A stretch of 53,449 nucleotides of DNA from Candidatus Dojkabacteria bacterium. GTDB lineage: Bacteria > Patescibacteriota > Dojkabacteria > JAFGLO01. The stretch is taken from positions 1-53,449 of the forward strand of contig DAOOWV010000003.1 in NCBI GenBank assembly GCA_035371485.1, written 5' to 3'. A program made the translations under genes and the position numbers. This document shows, piece by piece, positions 16,970 to 26,371 of the stretch. The notes beneath the pieces were generated by a model. It had not been told where the DNA came from and did no database searches. It was given only the letters and a program-made list of their open reading frames with translations. Each line of letters begins with the position of its first letter. Within the stretch, counting starts at the first letter, position 1.

Positions 16970-19900
16970 TTATTTTGGTTGAGCGACGACAGGCATCGCA
17001 TTTTCTAAAATATTTCTACCAAACCAAATTCCACCTGGATTCAATTTAGCCTTAGCTACTATTTCCGCTAAATTCATACCTTTGTTGGCTTCTAAAAGAT
17101 ATTCAATACCTTTATCACCTAACGTAGCCCTCCAAAGGTTTGGATCACCACTTACAAACATTTTTACAAGTTTATCCCCAATTCCGATACCATCATAAAC
17201 TTTTGCAGATGAATCTCCCATCATAATTCTTTCAAGCGCTTGTGCAACGGATGATCCTGGAGCTAAACTTAAAGCCTCACCACCAACAAATCTTACCAAT
17301 TCTCCGTTCCGTTCAACTTCAATTTTTAAAACCCTATCAGCCATTGACACATCCATAGTCTCAACTTGCCCAGTTTTATCAATTAATTTTCCATCTTCCA
17401 CCAATGCATCTTTTCCAGACTGCCACCTTGAAATCAAACTATCTGTACCTGTTAAACGCATACCCATAGCCATAACTGAAGAACCAAAGATCAAACCAGT
17501 AGTAATTGATGAGATATAAGCTTGAGTATTATCTCCTGCTAGTCTCTTTAATCTTTCAGCATATTTAGCTCGCTCATCTTCAGGTAAACCACCACCAGCA
17601 ATTTTATCCAAAATTCTTTTAATTTCACCTTTTTCTCTCACAGTAGTAATAGCTTCTACAGCTTTTCCACCTGGAATTGCAACCAAAGGAATAATTCCTG
17701 CAGCTACTGGTCCAAAAACGAATGATGCAGCTGCACCTACAGTAGTACCAATTGCCAAGCCCAATAATCTTCTTGTTCTCTCTTTAATTTCTTCAGCAAA
17801 CCTATCAGCACCTTCTCTATCACCTTTGAATTTTGCAACCTGGTGACCTACTAAAGCTCTTGCCCAGTCTATTCCTTCCCCAGCCATAGCAACTCCTCCT
17901 CTTAATAAATTCCAGGCTGCATATAATCCCATACCAATAGCAATTATATTTCCCGCAGTTCCACCAATAGCACCTAAAGCTAATATGACTGCAACACCTC
18001 TTAAAACCCTTCCAACACCATTAAATGAACCTTTAAAGAAATCTTTTAGTACATTTCTCTCTTTCTTATTAACAACCCTCATTGCTACTTCAGGACTAAG
18101 TCCAAGATCCAAGCAAAGCTCAATTGCTTTCTGATCTTTTACACTTTCCATACGCTTTAATGTTGGAGCCAACTCACCTTTGGCTTCCCTTTCTGTAAGG
18201 AAATAATTACCTGGTAATACGCTTAAATCATTATACATCGCAGGATTTTCCGCAATAATTTGTTCAACTAATGCGTTTAATACATCTCTATCGTTCATCA
18301 AATCATGTGCAACTATATTGTAAACTCTTGCATTTAATGGAGTAACTTTAGTGGAATCTACATCTATCTTTCCACCTTTAATCGTTAATACATTTTTTAA
18401 TTCACTCAACATATATGCGTCAATATATAACTCATAGGCTTGTGCAGTATCAACAGCCAATAAGTCAAAGTAAGGCTTGTTAACAATGGCAACTTCTTGC
18501 TTAAAATGCTGATCACCAGCATTAAATAAACCAGGAATGGTAGCCTTTATACTATCAACCTCAGTTTGAACAAATCCTAATTCGAGAAGAATAGTGTTAA
18601 AGTCTTTTCCCTTTAATTCATTAAACTTTTGCAAATAAGCTTTTGAATCAATACTTGTCCTAAAATTACCACCTGCTTCTCTCATAGCCCACAATTCCAT
18701 TATCAAAGCAAGGTTCTCCCTATTCTTACCATCACTTAATTTGTCAACTAAAGCTTCTTTAGAAAATATAGGAGGAACAGCAACTTTATCAAGAATTGCT
18801 AAGGAAACAGCCCTTCCAGTTGAAGGATCAATGACCGAATGAACGTTACTCAACTCAGTATTTATCAAAGTTCTTGCACTAGCAACATCTCTAACTTTTT
18901 TCCCGGTTGCATCATAACATACGGGACCATAACCTAAAATATCATAAACCACTCCTCTTCTTACTTCTTCACGATTAGATGGAATCCCTAAGTTATCAAC
19001 TTTATGTTCAGTAATTGGATGGGTTAAATTGTCCCTGTTTTTTACAATAGCCTTTACAACTGGATCAGCTTTAAGTTTTTGCCCAATCTCTGTTAGTCTT
19101 GCATCTCTACCGGGATCAGCAATAGCCCCAGCAAAATCAATAGAATTCAATAAACTTCCATTTCTTTTATCTACTTCATTAAGAGTTCTTTGACCATCTT
19201 TTCTTAATTCAGTTCTTAATTTGTGTCCATGATAGTCTTCTAAAGCTTTTTTCCCGGCTTCTTCTCGCAATGTTTCTAATGCATATTTCCAAGATTCTTT
19301 TTGACTTGGATCAATATGTGGCGAACTCAATTTCTCTGCTACCTCAAGGTATTGCTCATTTGTTAAAGGTACTATTTTATTAGCTTCTGTTTTTTTAGCA
19401 TTAATTTGATCTGGAGATACAGGCATGCCAGCTACAATTCTTTGTGCAATACGATTATTCATAAATGCTACCCTTGCTTGATCAACAGCTGGTTGATTTG
19501 CAGGATCAGCAGCATTAGGAATCCTCGCAACAGCGTCAGCTTGGAATGTCGCAACTACAGTAGAATTACTTGGATCTGCACTCCAAGTGTCAATATCCGT
19601 TTGTGGAATCCCCTTCATAAGTTCTTGTCTAACAAGCAGTTTGGCAACCTTTTCAACAACTCCAGGTCTTACTTTTTTTATATCTTCAGGTTTTAACATT
19701 CTGCTTTCGCCAGTTACGGGAGTAGCTCTATCAACAAATTTTCCCACAACAGGAATTTTTCCAGCAACATCTGTAACCTTATCTCCTACTCTAGCAACTT
19801 TGTCATCAACCGTACCTCGCCAATCATCTACTTTTCCTCCACTTCCGAAAGCATCTCCAACTCTTTCAGCAAATCTTTGGATGGCCCTAAATGGTGCCTT

Positions 19901-19981
19901 TATTGCATCTACAACTTTTTCTGCTCCCATTTTTATTCTGTCTCCAATGGGAGGATTTACACCAGGATTCATAAGTGTCAT
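16970..19981 (-). CDS. hypothetical large membrane-associated protein (1003 aa)
   Basis: Uninterrupted 3-kb ORF. N-terminal GDKV/GKxV repeats (VDDKVARVGDKVTDVAGKIPVVGKFVDR). Gly/Ala-rich TM block (GVAVILALGAIGGTAGNIIAIGMGLYAAW; LLGLAIGTTVGAAASFVFGPVAAGIIPLVAIPGG; TGLIFGSSVMAMGM). No catalytic motif recognised. Confidence 0.7.
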   Translation of the reverse strand: MTLMNPGVNPPIGDRIKMGAEKVVDAIKAPFRAIQRFAERVGDAFGSGGKVDDWRGTVDDKVARVGDKVTDVAGKIPVVGKFVDRATPVTGESRMLKPEDIKKVRPGVVEKVAKLLVRQELMKGIPQTDIDTWSADPSNSTVVATFQADAVARIPNAADPANQPAVDQARVAFMNNRIAQRIVAGMPVSPDQINAKKTEANKIVPLTNEQYLEVAEKLSSPHIDPSQKESWKYALETLREEAGKKALEDYHGHKLRTELRKDGQRTLNEVDKRNGSLLNSIDFAGAIADPGRDARLTEIGQKLKADPVVKAIVKNRDNLTHPITEHKVDNLGIPSNREEVRRGVVYDILGYGPVCYDATGKKVRDVASARTLINTELSNVHSVIDPSTGRAVSLAILDKVAVPPIFSKEALVDKLSDGKNRENLALIMELWAMREAGGNFRTSIDSKAYLQKFNELKGKDFNTILLELGFVQTEVDSIKATIPGLFNAGDQHFKQEVAIVNKPYFDLLAVDTAQAYELYIDAYMLSELKNVLTIKGGKIDVDSTKVTPLNARVYNIVAHDLMNDRDVLNALVEQIIAENPAMYNDLSVLPGNYFLTEREAKGELAPTLKRMESVKDQKAIELCLDLGLSPEVAMRVVNKKERNVLKDFFKGSFNGVGRVLRGVAVILALGAIGGTAGNIIAIGMGLYAAWNLLRGGVAMAGEGIDWARALVGHQVAKFKGDREGADRFAEEIKERTRRLLGLAIGTTVGAAASFVFGPVAAGIIPLVAIPGGKAVEAITTVREKGEIKRILDKIAGGGLPEDERAKYAERLKRLAGDNTQAYISSITTGLIFGSSVMAMGMRLTGTDSLISRWQSGKDALVEDGKLIDKTGQVETMDVSMADRVLKIEVERNGELVRFVGGEALSLAPGSSVAQALERIMMGDSSAKVYDGIGIGDKLVKMFVSGDPNLWRATLGDKGIEYLLEANKGMNLAEIVAKAKLNPGGIWFGRNILENAMPVVAQPK

Positions 19982-20102
19982 ATTAGTATTTTAAAATTTT
20001 AATTAATTATCAAAATAACAAAGAAAAGTCTCACTCAAGAGACTCCTCTTTGATATTTTATGGTACCTTATCGATTTTACCGAAAGTTAACCAGGTAATA
20101 GA

Positions 20103-20423
20103 CTATCCATTAACTTCCTTTATACCTTTAAACAAACCATCCATAATTATTTTCCCAAGATCAATCATTTCATTCTTTTTTTTATCTGAAAGAATAGTCG
20201 AACTCCTTATTTCTGATACATACTCGTCGTATATTGTCTGAAGTTTCTTAAGTAACTCTATACGCAAAGAAACATCGACTTCATTATACTCATTTAAAAA
20301 CTGTGTATAAACTATCAATGATTCTTCAGGAAGTCCAGACGCAATATCAAGCGCCAGTAATTTTTGTTCACTGGTAAAAAGCAACGAATCATCTAAGGCT
20401 TTTAAAAAGGCAGTTTTGCTCAT
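20103..20423 (-). CDS. hypothetical small acidic helical protein (island family)
   Basis: 106 aa. LLFTSEQKLLALDIASGLPEES aligns with the same region of 22305..22646 and 29582..29905. Lies 20 nt downstream of the 372-aa ORF. Confidence 0.65.
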   Translation of the reverse strand: MSKTAFLKALDDSLLFTSEQKLLALDIASGLPEESLIVYTQFLNEYNEVDVSLRIELLKKLQTIYDEYVSEIRSSTILSDKKKNEMIDLGKIIMDGLFKGIKEVNG

Positions 20424-20443
20424 AAAAAATAATTTAATTTAAT

Positions 20444-21562
20444 TTACAAGTTTTTTCCGCTCACGTTACTTGGTGGAACTTTTGCTTTATTTGCTGATTC
20501 TTGCTTAGCGTTAGCTTTTTTTAACGCTTCTTCTAAGAAACTTTTAACCATAGCCATAGCAGCAGAGTTATCAACATATTCTTCAAATCTTTGCAACTTA
20601 GCTCCTCCAGGTTTTTGAATCATAATCTCCCACAAAGGACCAAGCATTAGATTAAACATACGCGCTCCTGGAACAAAGTTTAATGCTAATTCGGCAATTT
20701 GCATTGCCACTGGTTCCATCTGGTCCCCTGTCCATTCTTCATAAAGCCTCTTTCTCGCATCAATTATAAACTTATCTACAACCACATCCGTAACTCCAAG
20801 TCCCGTTAAATCTGGAGTAATCACATCAACACCCACAGTTACCAATGCCAACGTTACTAAAGCCAACATTCTCTCAATTCTTTGTGCACTACTAATTGGT
20901 TTCATTTTATGAGATTCTCTATAAGCATTATCCTCAGCAACACTTGCCCTATGTTGTTCACCAATTCTTCCTAACCATTTAGCAAAAACACCTTTTCTCT
21001 TATCTCTTGCAATATCAGCATATTTATCCAAAGTGCCTTGAACTCTTTGTGAAAATTTCTGAAATATACGATCAGCTTCTATTTCTTCAACCGCTTCTTT
21101 TTCTTGAGGCGCAACTGCTTCCTTTCCCTTGAAACCTTTTAAAATTCCTTTTGCTAAACTGAAAACAATTCCAGCTACAGCAATAACTTTACCAAAGCCA
21201 GTGAATCTTCTTTTTTCATCTTTTTCACACTCAACACCTTCAGTACCATCTTCTTTAGCATGCGGTGCTCCTTGTGTTGTGGAATCACCAGCTTCAGCAT
21301 CCGTTGCTCCTTGTGTTGAGAAATCACCAGATTCTAATGTTCCAGACGTTGCAGCAACTACATCCGGACCTGGTGTTGCTTGTGCTTCAGTTCCATTTGC
21401 TTCCGCACCTATTTCTTCTGCTGGTACCCTGGTAACACTTGGTACTTCAGGGAATTCTGCTACTGGCGCTTGAGCTACATCGGCTACTGCGTCTGGTAAT
21501 CGTGTTGGACCGGTTCCTGATACACCTGAATTTACCCCCGTAGAACCTTGTTCTAGTGCCAT
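20444..21562 (-). CDS. hypothetical protein, disordered N-terminus plus hydrophobic segments (372 aa)
   Basis: The first ~120 aa are Ala/Pro/Gly/Thr/Glu-rich with a 13-aa tandem repeat. Hydrophobic segments: FGKVIAVAGIVFSLAKGIL and MLALVTLALVTVGVDVI. Locally high G+C. Confidence 0.65.
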   Translation of the reverse strand: MALEQGSTGVNSGVSGTGPTRLPDAVADVAQAPVAEFPEVPSVTRVPAEEIGAEANGTEAQATPGPDVVAATSGTLESGDFSTQGATDAEAGDSTTQGAPHAKEDGTEGVECEKDEKRRFTGFGKVIAVAGIVFSLAKGILKGFKGKEAVAPQEKEAVEEIEADRIFQKFSQRVQGTLDKYADIARDKRKGVFAKWLGRIGEQHRASVAEDNAYRESHKMKPISSAQRIERMLALVTLALVTVGVDVITPDLTGLGVTDVVVDKFIIDARKRLYEEWTGDQMEPVAMQIAELALNFVPGARMFNLMLGPLWEIMIQKPGGAKLQRFEEYVDNSAAMAMVKSFLEEALKKANAKQESANKAKVPPSNVSGKNL

Positions 21563-21702
21563 CTTTTATTACATAATAAATTATTCTTCAACTATTTCTA
21601 TATCAACAAAAAACACAGCGTTATTATATCACAATAACTTGTTTTTTTCAACACTTAGTTCTATTAAATATAACAATAAGTAAAATAAATGTCAAATCAT
21701 TC

Positions 21703-21758
21703 AAGCTAACAAACGAATGAACAAGTGAACAAGTTAACAAGAGCACGAGTGAAAAAGC
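21703..21758. repeat. degenerate octamer array, 7 units
   Basis: AAGCTAAC AAACGAAT GAACAAGT GAACAAGT TAACAAGA GCACGAGT GAAAAAGC. GAACAAGT is the reverse complement of the ACTTGTTC unit at 1178-1249. Confidence 0.75.
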
Positions 21759-21816
21759 TCATAATGCTAATAATTTTATATTGAACTAAACAATCTAAGC
21801 ATAATATAATAAAATA

Positions 21817-22185
21817 ATGAAACCGAGTATTCTAAAAACAAAATCTCAAGAATTTGGGTCTCTAGCAATCGATTTCTATAAATTTTTAAATTCACAAAAA
21901 CTATATGAAATTGCAAAACAGTTTTTAAAAAGTGCTACAAGTATTGGCGCAAACATATCAGAATCAAAATATGCTGAAAGTAAAAAAGATTTCATTCACA
22001 AGTTACATATAGCATTAAAAGAAGCAGTTGAGACAGAATACTGGATTGAGTTGCTGAAAAATGAATCTAAAACATATAAAAACTTCTCAATACTTGAGAA
22101 TGAAAATAAAGTTTTGATTTTTATTCTAACAAAGTCAATAAGAACTGCAAAACAAAATGAGCAAATTAACAAACGAACAGACTAA
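21817..22185 (+). CDS. four-helix-bundle protein (Avd-like family), copy 3, on the opposite strand inside the island's minus arm
   Basis: FLKSATSIGANISESKYAESKKDFIHKLHIALKEAVETEYWIELL. The C-terminal codons (KQNEQINKRTD) run into an octamer array. Confidence 0.8.
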   Translation: MKPSILKTKSQEFGSLAIDFYKFLNSQKLYEIAKQFLKSATSIGANISESKYAESKKDFIHKLHIALKEAVETEYWIELLKNESKTYKNFSILENENKVLIFILTKSIRTAKQNEQINKRTD

Positions 22186-22244
22186 CAAGTGAAAAAACTA
22201 ACAAACTAACTAAAAAGAGATAGAACTAACGAGTGAACAAGAGT
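22165..22244. repeat. degenerate octamer array, ~10 units, starting inside the 3' end of the four-helix-bundle CDS
   Basis: ATTAACAA ACGAACAG ACTAACAA GTGAAAAA ACTAACAA ACTAACTA AAAAGAGA TAGAACTA ACGAGTGA ACAAGAGT. An inverted block follows at 22296-22319 (ACTAGTTA ACTAGTTA GTTCGTTC). Confidence 0.65.
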
Positions 22245-22304
22245 GATTGGTTATTTTTTTCAAATCATACCATAATTTCAATCTCGCAGTTTTTCACTAG
22301 TTAA

Positions 22305-22646
22305 CTAGTTAGTTCGTTCATTTAATAAATTGTCAATCCCTTCTATAATTGTTTTCTTCCATTCCAGCGATTCAGCAACGAGTTCTTCTTTACGTTCATT
22401 GGTAATATCTTTTGACGCAAGAATCATCCCTTGGTAAAAAGCAATCCTTTTTAAAATTTTATTTTTGAAGTCACTCAAACTCTGAAGTACCTCCTGATCA
22501 AGCACTGAAACAGTATCTCCGAATTCATCCAAAAGTGTTTTTTTAAGTTCTTCAGGAACAGAGTCAATAAGCGAAATAAGATCATTTTTCTGCTTATCAG
22601 TAAGCGATATACTCTGAACGATTTGAGCAGTTTTATCCATTATCAT
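22305..22646 (-). CDS. hypothetical small acidic helical protein (island family)
   Basis: 113 aa. ISLTDKQKNDLISLIDSVPEELKK aligns with 20103..20423 and 29582..29905. Lies 24 nt downstream of the 433-aa ORF. Confidence 0.65.
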   Translation of the reverse strand: MIMDKTAQIVQSISLTDKQKNDLISLIDSVPEELKKTLLDEFGDTVSVLDQEVLQSLSDFKNKILKRIAFYQGMILASKDITNERKEELVAESLEWKKTIIEGIDNLLNERTN

Positions 22647-22670
22647 TTACATTAAATTATTAATACTACA

Positions 22671-23972
22671 CTACGGCGTACTTGCTGCTTTAATTCCTTT
22701 TCCAACAGCACCAGCTCCAATGTCAAACATGTCACCTAAAAATCCAAATTTTGAGGACAGAAATCTATTGAGCCATTCATTAAAAGGTTTCAATAAATGC
22801 CCATGTGGTAATCTTTCATTTAGTCTACTAAATGCTGTAAGCCCACTTGGAGATATAATTTCTCTCAAACCATCAGGTGCAAAAATAGTCAATATTCCCG
22901 ATAATAATGACGCTCCCTTCCTTGAATATCCTCCTGTCTTGAATCTATCAGAATGAATAAACATTTCAGCATCTTCTCGAGAATATCCCTTTTCCATCAA
23001 AGCAACAATTACTTCATGTTCTCTTTTTAAGGCATAAGCTTTATCCACAGACTTTGATATCAAAAACTTATCACTGAGTTTATCAGTCACATATTTGACT
23101 ATGGTTTCTGTAAATTTATCATCTAGATCCAAACCTAAAAATCCCAATGCTTTTTTATCTTTCAAAAAATCAAGAAGAGGTTTTCCAGTTACCCAGTCTA
23201 AGCCCCAAGAGTAGATTAATACTCCTAAATCAAATAATGCATCTATAGCTACCTTTTTCTCACTTTCACCTGGCTCCACATTAAAGAACCATCTTCTCGC
23301 ATTTTCAAGTTTACCCCTTGCAATCCTTTCCTGTTTTTTGGCCACCTCCTTATTAAAATCCTCTAAATCTACATTCATTCCTTCCAAAAACAAAATTTTT
23401 AATGCCTTTTCCATTCCTACTTTTTCAGCAAGACTTAGTAATTCTTGTGTTCTGGGATCTAATAATGAATCTAAAGTCTGCACCTCGTCCTGTGGTATTC
23501 CAGAACTATCACCTGACTCTTCATCCTCCGTTAACGGAATAACTAGCGAATGGGATGCAATAGCAATTACTTCGTCAGGAGTGGGATGCTCTGGCTTCGT
23601 TAATGATTCTGGTGTGTCAACTTCAGATTGAGCCTGTTGTGCCAATTGTTGCTCCATCCTATGATGCTGAAATGAGATACCTGCAATGAGTTGAAATGCT
23701 TCCGTAGCAGTCATTTGTTCAATAAGTCTCCAAGCCATTGGATGAATCTCTGGAAAATCTCTTTTCCAAGCTTCAATCATCTCAGGAGTAATTTCGGCTC
23801 TTGTAGCTCCATCTCTACTCTTAACTGCTGGCTGAAATGGTTCTACTGGTGAAGGGACAGGAGCATCAATAGAAGCAGGAAGATTGCCAGTTACAACTGG
23901 AGAAGGTATTGGTGATTCTGTACTCCTTGGAATGTCATTACCTACCCCAAAAGATGGTCTATTAAAACCCAT
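22671..23972 (-). CDS. hypothetical protein, Pro/Ser-rich N-terminus and Gly-rich C-terminal tail (433 aa)
   Basis: SPIPSPVVTGNLPASIDAPVPSPVEPFQP, then an acidic linker (EDEESGDSSGIPQDE). C-terminus is FGFLGDMFDIGAGAVGKGIKAASTP. No family recognised. Confidence 0.65.
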   Translation of the reverse strand: MGFNRPSFGVGNDIPRSTESPIPSPVVTGNLPASIDAPVPSPVEPFQPAVKSRDGATRAEITPEMIEAWKRDFPEIHPMAWRLIEQMTATEAFQLIAGISFQHHRMEQQLAQQAQSEVDTPESLTKPEHPTPDEVIAIASHSLVIPLTEDEESGDSSGIPQDEVQTLDSLLDPRTQELLSLAEKVGMEKALKILFLEGMNVDLEDFNKEVAKKQERIARGKLENARRWFFNVEPGESEKKVAIDALFDLGVLIYSWGLDWVTGKPLLDFLKDKKALGFLGLDLDDKFTETIVKYVTDKLSDKFLISKSVDKAYALKREHEVIVALMEKGYSREDAEMFIHSDRFKTGGYSRKGASLLSGILTIFAPDGLREIISPSGLTAFSRLNERLPHGHLLKPFNEWLNRFLSSKFGFLGDMFDIGAGAVGKGIKAASTP

Positions 23973-24039
23973 TTTTTCAGTTTATAAATTTATTTTTAGC
24001 ATTTGAGTATTTTAACATTATACACTACATATTGCAAGG

Positions 24040-24909
24040 TTAGTTCGCATATCGTACCTCATTACTAAGCCCAGTCAATCTTGCAGCACGTTTATATATC
24101 TCAAGCTTTCTTCGTACTATCTTTTGCATTGCCAACTTTTCTGGATCCCTACCATGATACGACAAAATTTCCAAATATATTTTTATCCTCTCTGCATGCG
24201 CAGGTGCACAGATAATTGCAGGACATTTACCTTCTTCGGCTAAGGTTAATAACGCTTCAGCCTGCAGAAGTCTTCTTGCATCATTTGGTGACATTCTCTC
24301 CAATAATTCTCTATTTGTAACATTGTGCCCATGTCCGGTATATTCATTCCAACGATCAAACCAAAATTTAAATTTAGATTTCGGAACATCTATACCCCAA
24401 AGTCCCATTACTTCAACAAAGGGAACAACTGGGTTAGCTGCAAAAAGAACTTCTAAAACTTCGTATACAACTTTATTTGCGATATCAGCTGAAGCTATTC
24501 TTTTCCCTAATTCAGAAGCAACTTTAGTGCAGTGTCCAAAAAAATCATATATATATGCTTTACTATATTGTTCAGCCCCTAATTTATTAAAATTTTCAAC
24601 CTCTTCTGGAAGATAACTTATCAAAACGTCAGTTACACCTGGCTGACCAATAAATGAACTAAGAAGTTCTTTCCAATTTAAGGGGGCTACTCCTTTTATT
24701 TCAGACCTTCCATTTACATCATTAGAAGTATTATGTTCAATGCCACAAACATAAACCTTTCTACCTCCAGAAATCTCAACTGCGACACTTGTTCCCTTAT
24801 CAATTGGAAACGTTGAGGCATATTTCTTATCCAAATCAACAACAACCGCGTCAGTATGTTTTTCAGGCACAAATACTCTTGGAAAAGTCGTTTCTCCGCC
24901 AAATCCCAT
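24040..24909 (-). CDS. hypothetical soluble protein (289 aa)
   Basis: Long ORF in operon position. No TM segment or catalytic motif recognised. Starts MGFGGE, as the 433-aa ORF starts MGFNRP. Confidence 0.6.
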   Translation of the reverse strand: MGFGGETTFPRVFVPEKHTDAVVVDLDKKYASTFPIDKGTSVAVEISGGRKVYVCGIEHNTSNDVNGRSEIKGVAPLNWKELLSSFIGQPGVTDVLISYLPEEVENFNKLGAEQYSKAYIYDFFGHCTKVASELGKRIASADIANKVVYEVLEVLFAANPVVPFVEVMGLWGIDVPKSKFKFWFDRWNEYTGHGHNVTNRELLERMSPNDARRLLQAEALLTLAEEGKCPAIICAPAHAERIKIYLEILSYHGRDPEKLAMQKIVRRKLEIYKRAARLTGLSNEVRYAN

Positions 24910-24936
24910 AGACAGTAAGAGACTTATATAATAATT

Positions 24937-25278
24937 TTAAATCATTAATCGATCTATTCTTTTCTTTTGTTCATCATTACATTCTGGATAAACGGTTGCA
25001 ACAAAATCATCCATCAACTCAACAATTTGTTCCACCCTTTTATCCCCAACAATTTCCGAAATTTGCTCTATCAAACCATTGAAATCACGTTCATTCTTGA
25101 TCTCACCTGGATGAAAACTCATTCCCTCATTTTTACAAATTTGCAAAAGTTTTTCAACCGTCGTCATTTGATAAATGGCAATAAAATCATTAACTCTTTT
25201 ATACTGCTCTTCTGTAGAGTATCCCAATATTTTTAAAATTTCATGAAAAATGTTTATTTCAGTATCTAATATACTCAT
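24937..25278 (-). CDS. hypothetical small acidic helical protein (island family, divergent member)
   Basis: 113 aa. YSTEEQYKRVNDFIAI aligns with FTDEELDKVSKAFVEL of 16495..16941. Confidence 0.6.
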   Translation of the reverse strand: MSILDTEINIFHEILKILGYSTEEQYKRVNDFIAIYQMTTVEKLLQICKNEGMSFHPGEIKNERDFNGLIEQISEIVGDKRVEQIVELMDDFVATVYPECNDEQKKRIDRLMI

Positions 25279-25645
25279 GTAATTTTTACCAACATTAAGT
25301 TATTACCATAATATAATTAAATTAAATTTTTTGCAAATTATTTAAAAATTTGAAATATGCATCCATTTTCCAAGTACTAATATTCTCCCTTTGAACTTGA
25401 TTCAATTTATTCATACATTGTTAATAAAGTCCCCGAGGGATATTACGCGACTACGACAAATGCAAACCTTAAGAAATTGGAAATTATAATATTGAATTAA
25501 ACTGTTCTCCAGATAAATGTTAGACAAATCTTACAGCAATCAGGAAGACGTGAATTACTTAAATAACATTTTCAAATTAAGAACTCTTATCTATCACATA
25601 TCAACCAAATTCACGTTTTTTCACTTGTTAACTTGTTCGTTTATT

Positions 25646-26292
25646 TTATGCTGTTGCAGGGGTAGCCAAAAGATCAGTGATATTTCCTCTGAGGCTATTC
25701 AAACGTTCGCTAAACCATGCATTAGCTGCTCCTGGACCGCCTGTTCCACTTAAACTACGAACATCAGGAAGTTTTGAAGCATCAGAAGTCCCATAAGCCT
25801 CATACATCTCAGCTTTTGCCTTTGCTTTATTATAAGCAACGATCCCCGAATATATTGTAAGTCCAGCACCAATTGCTAAAAACAAAGGATTTAAAGCCCC
25901 TAACGCGATTGCCGAAGCTTTTATCCCTTCTGCAGTAATAACTGATAAAGCCAAGTGCGTATTACTCAACCCAAATGCTCCTACTAAAGACCAAAAACCA
26001 GTTCTAGCACCAGTACTTATCGCACTAACCAATGGGAAATTTTGAGCAAATCTATTTTCAAACCAACCATTCGCTGCCCTCTTAGTAGCATCTATTTCTA
26101 ACAACTTTTCATTCATCTTAGCTTCTTGCCAAAGACCATAGGTTCCGATAACAGCAGCAGGAATAGTTAACCACGGATTAAAACCTAAACTCGTCAAAAT
26201 ACCTAGAAAACCAGCGCCAATAAGAGCACCACTCCTCTTTCCATAGGTAAGTTTATCTTGATTTTTTTACCATAATCTGGCGTAAAATTCAT
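25646..26292 (-). CDS. hypothetical glycine-zipper membrane protein; start codon separated from the body by a -1 frame break in an A7 run
   Basis: The body ORF (25646..26197 in the track) begins at a TTG inside a TM helix. Its frame is open upstream as KNQDKLTYGKRSGALIGAGFLGIL without a start codon. ATG-26292 gives MNFTPDYGKK in the +1-offset frame. The two frames meet at the T7 run 26262-26268 (A7 on the coding strand). Confidence 0.55.
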
Positions 26293-26371
26293 GTCGACAT
26301 ACTTTAATTTATGTGGTATATTTTAACATATAATAACAAATAATTCAATATATAATATTATTTTTTGATTC

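Noticed and set aside
19587-19994. Antisense shadow ORFs in the track inside long genes. Examples: 792..1091, 11580..11855, 19406..19994, 21129..21473, 22720..22956, 23338..23631, 26323..26706, 26971..27366, 47393..47980 and 49024..49479.
   Set aside because: Each lies entirely inside a longer ORF with clear homology or operon context on the other strand, and has low-complexity composition. These were treated as non-coding.
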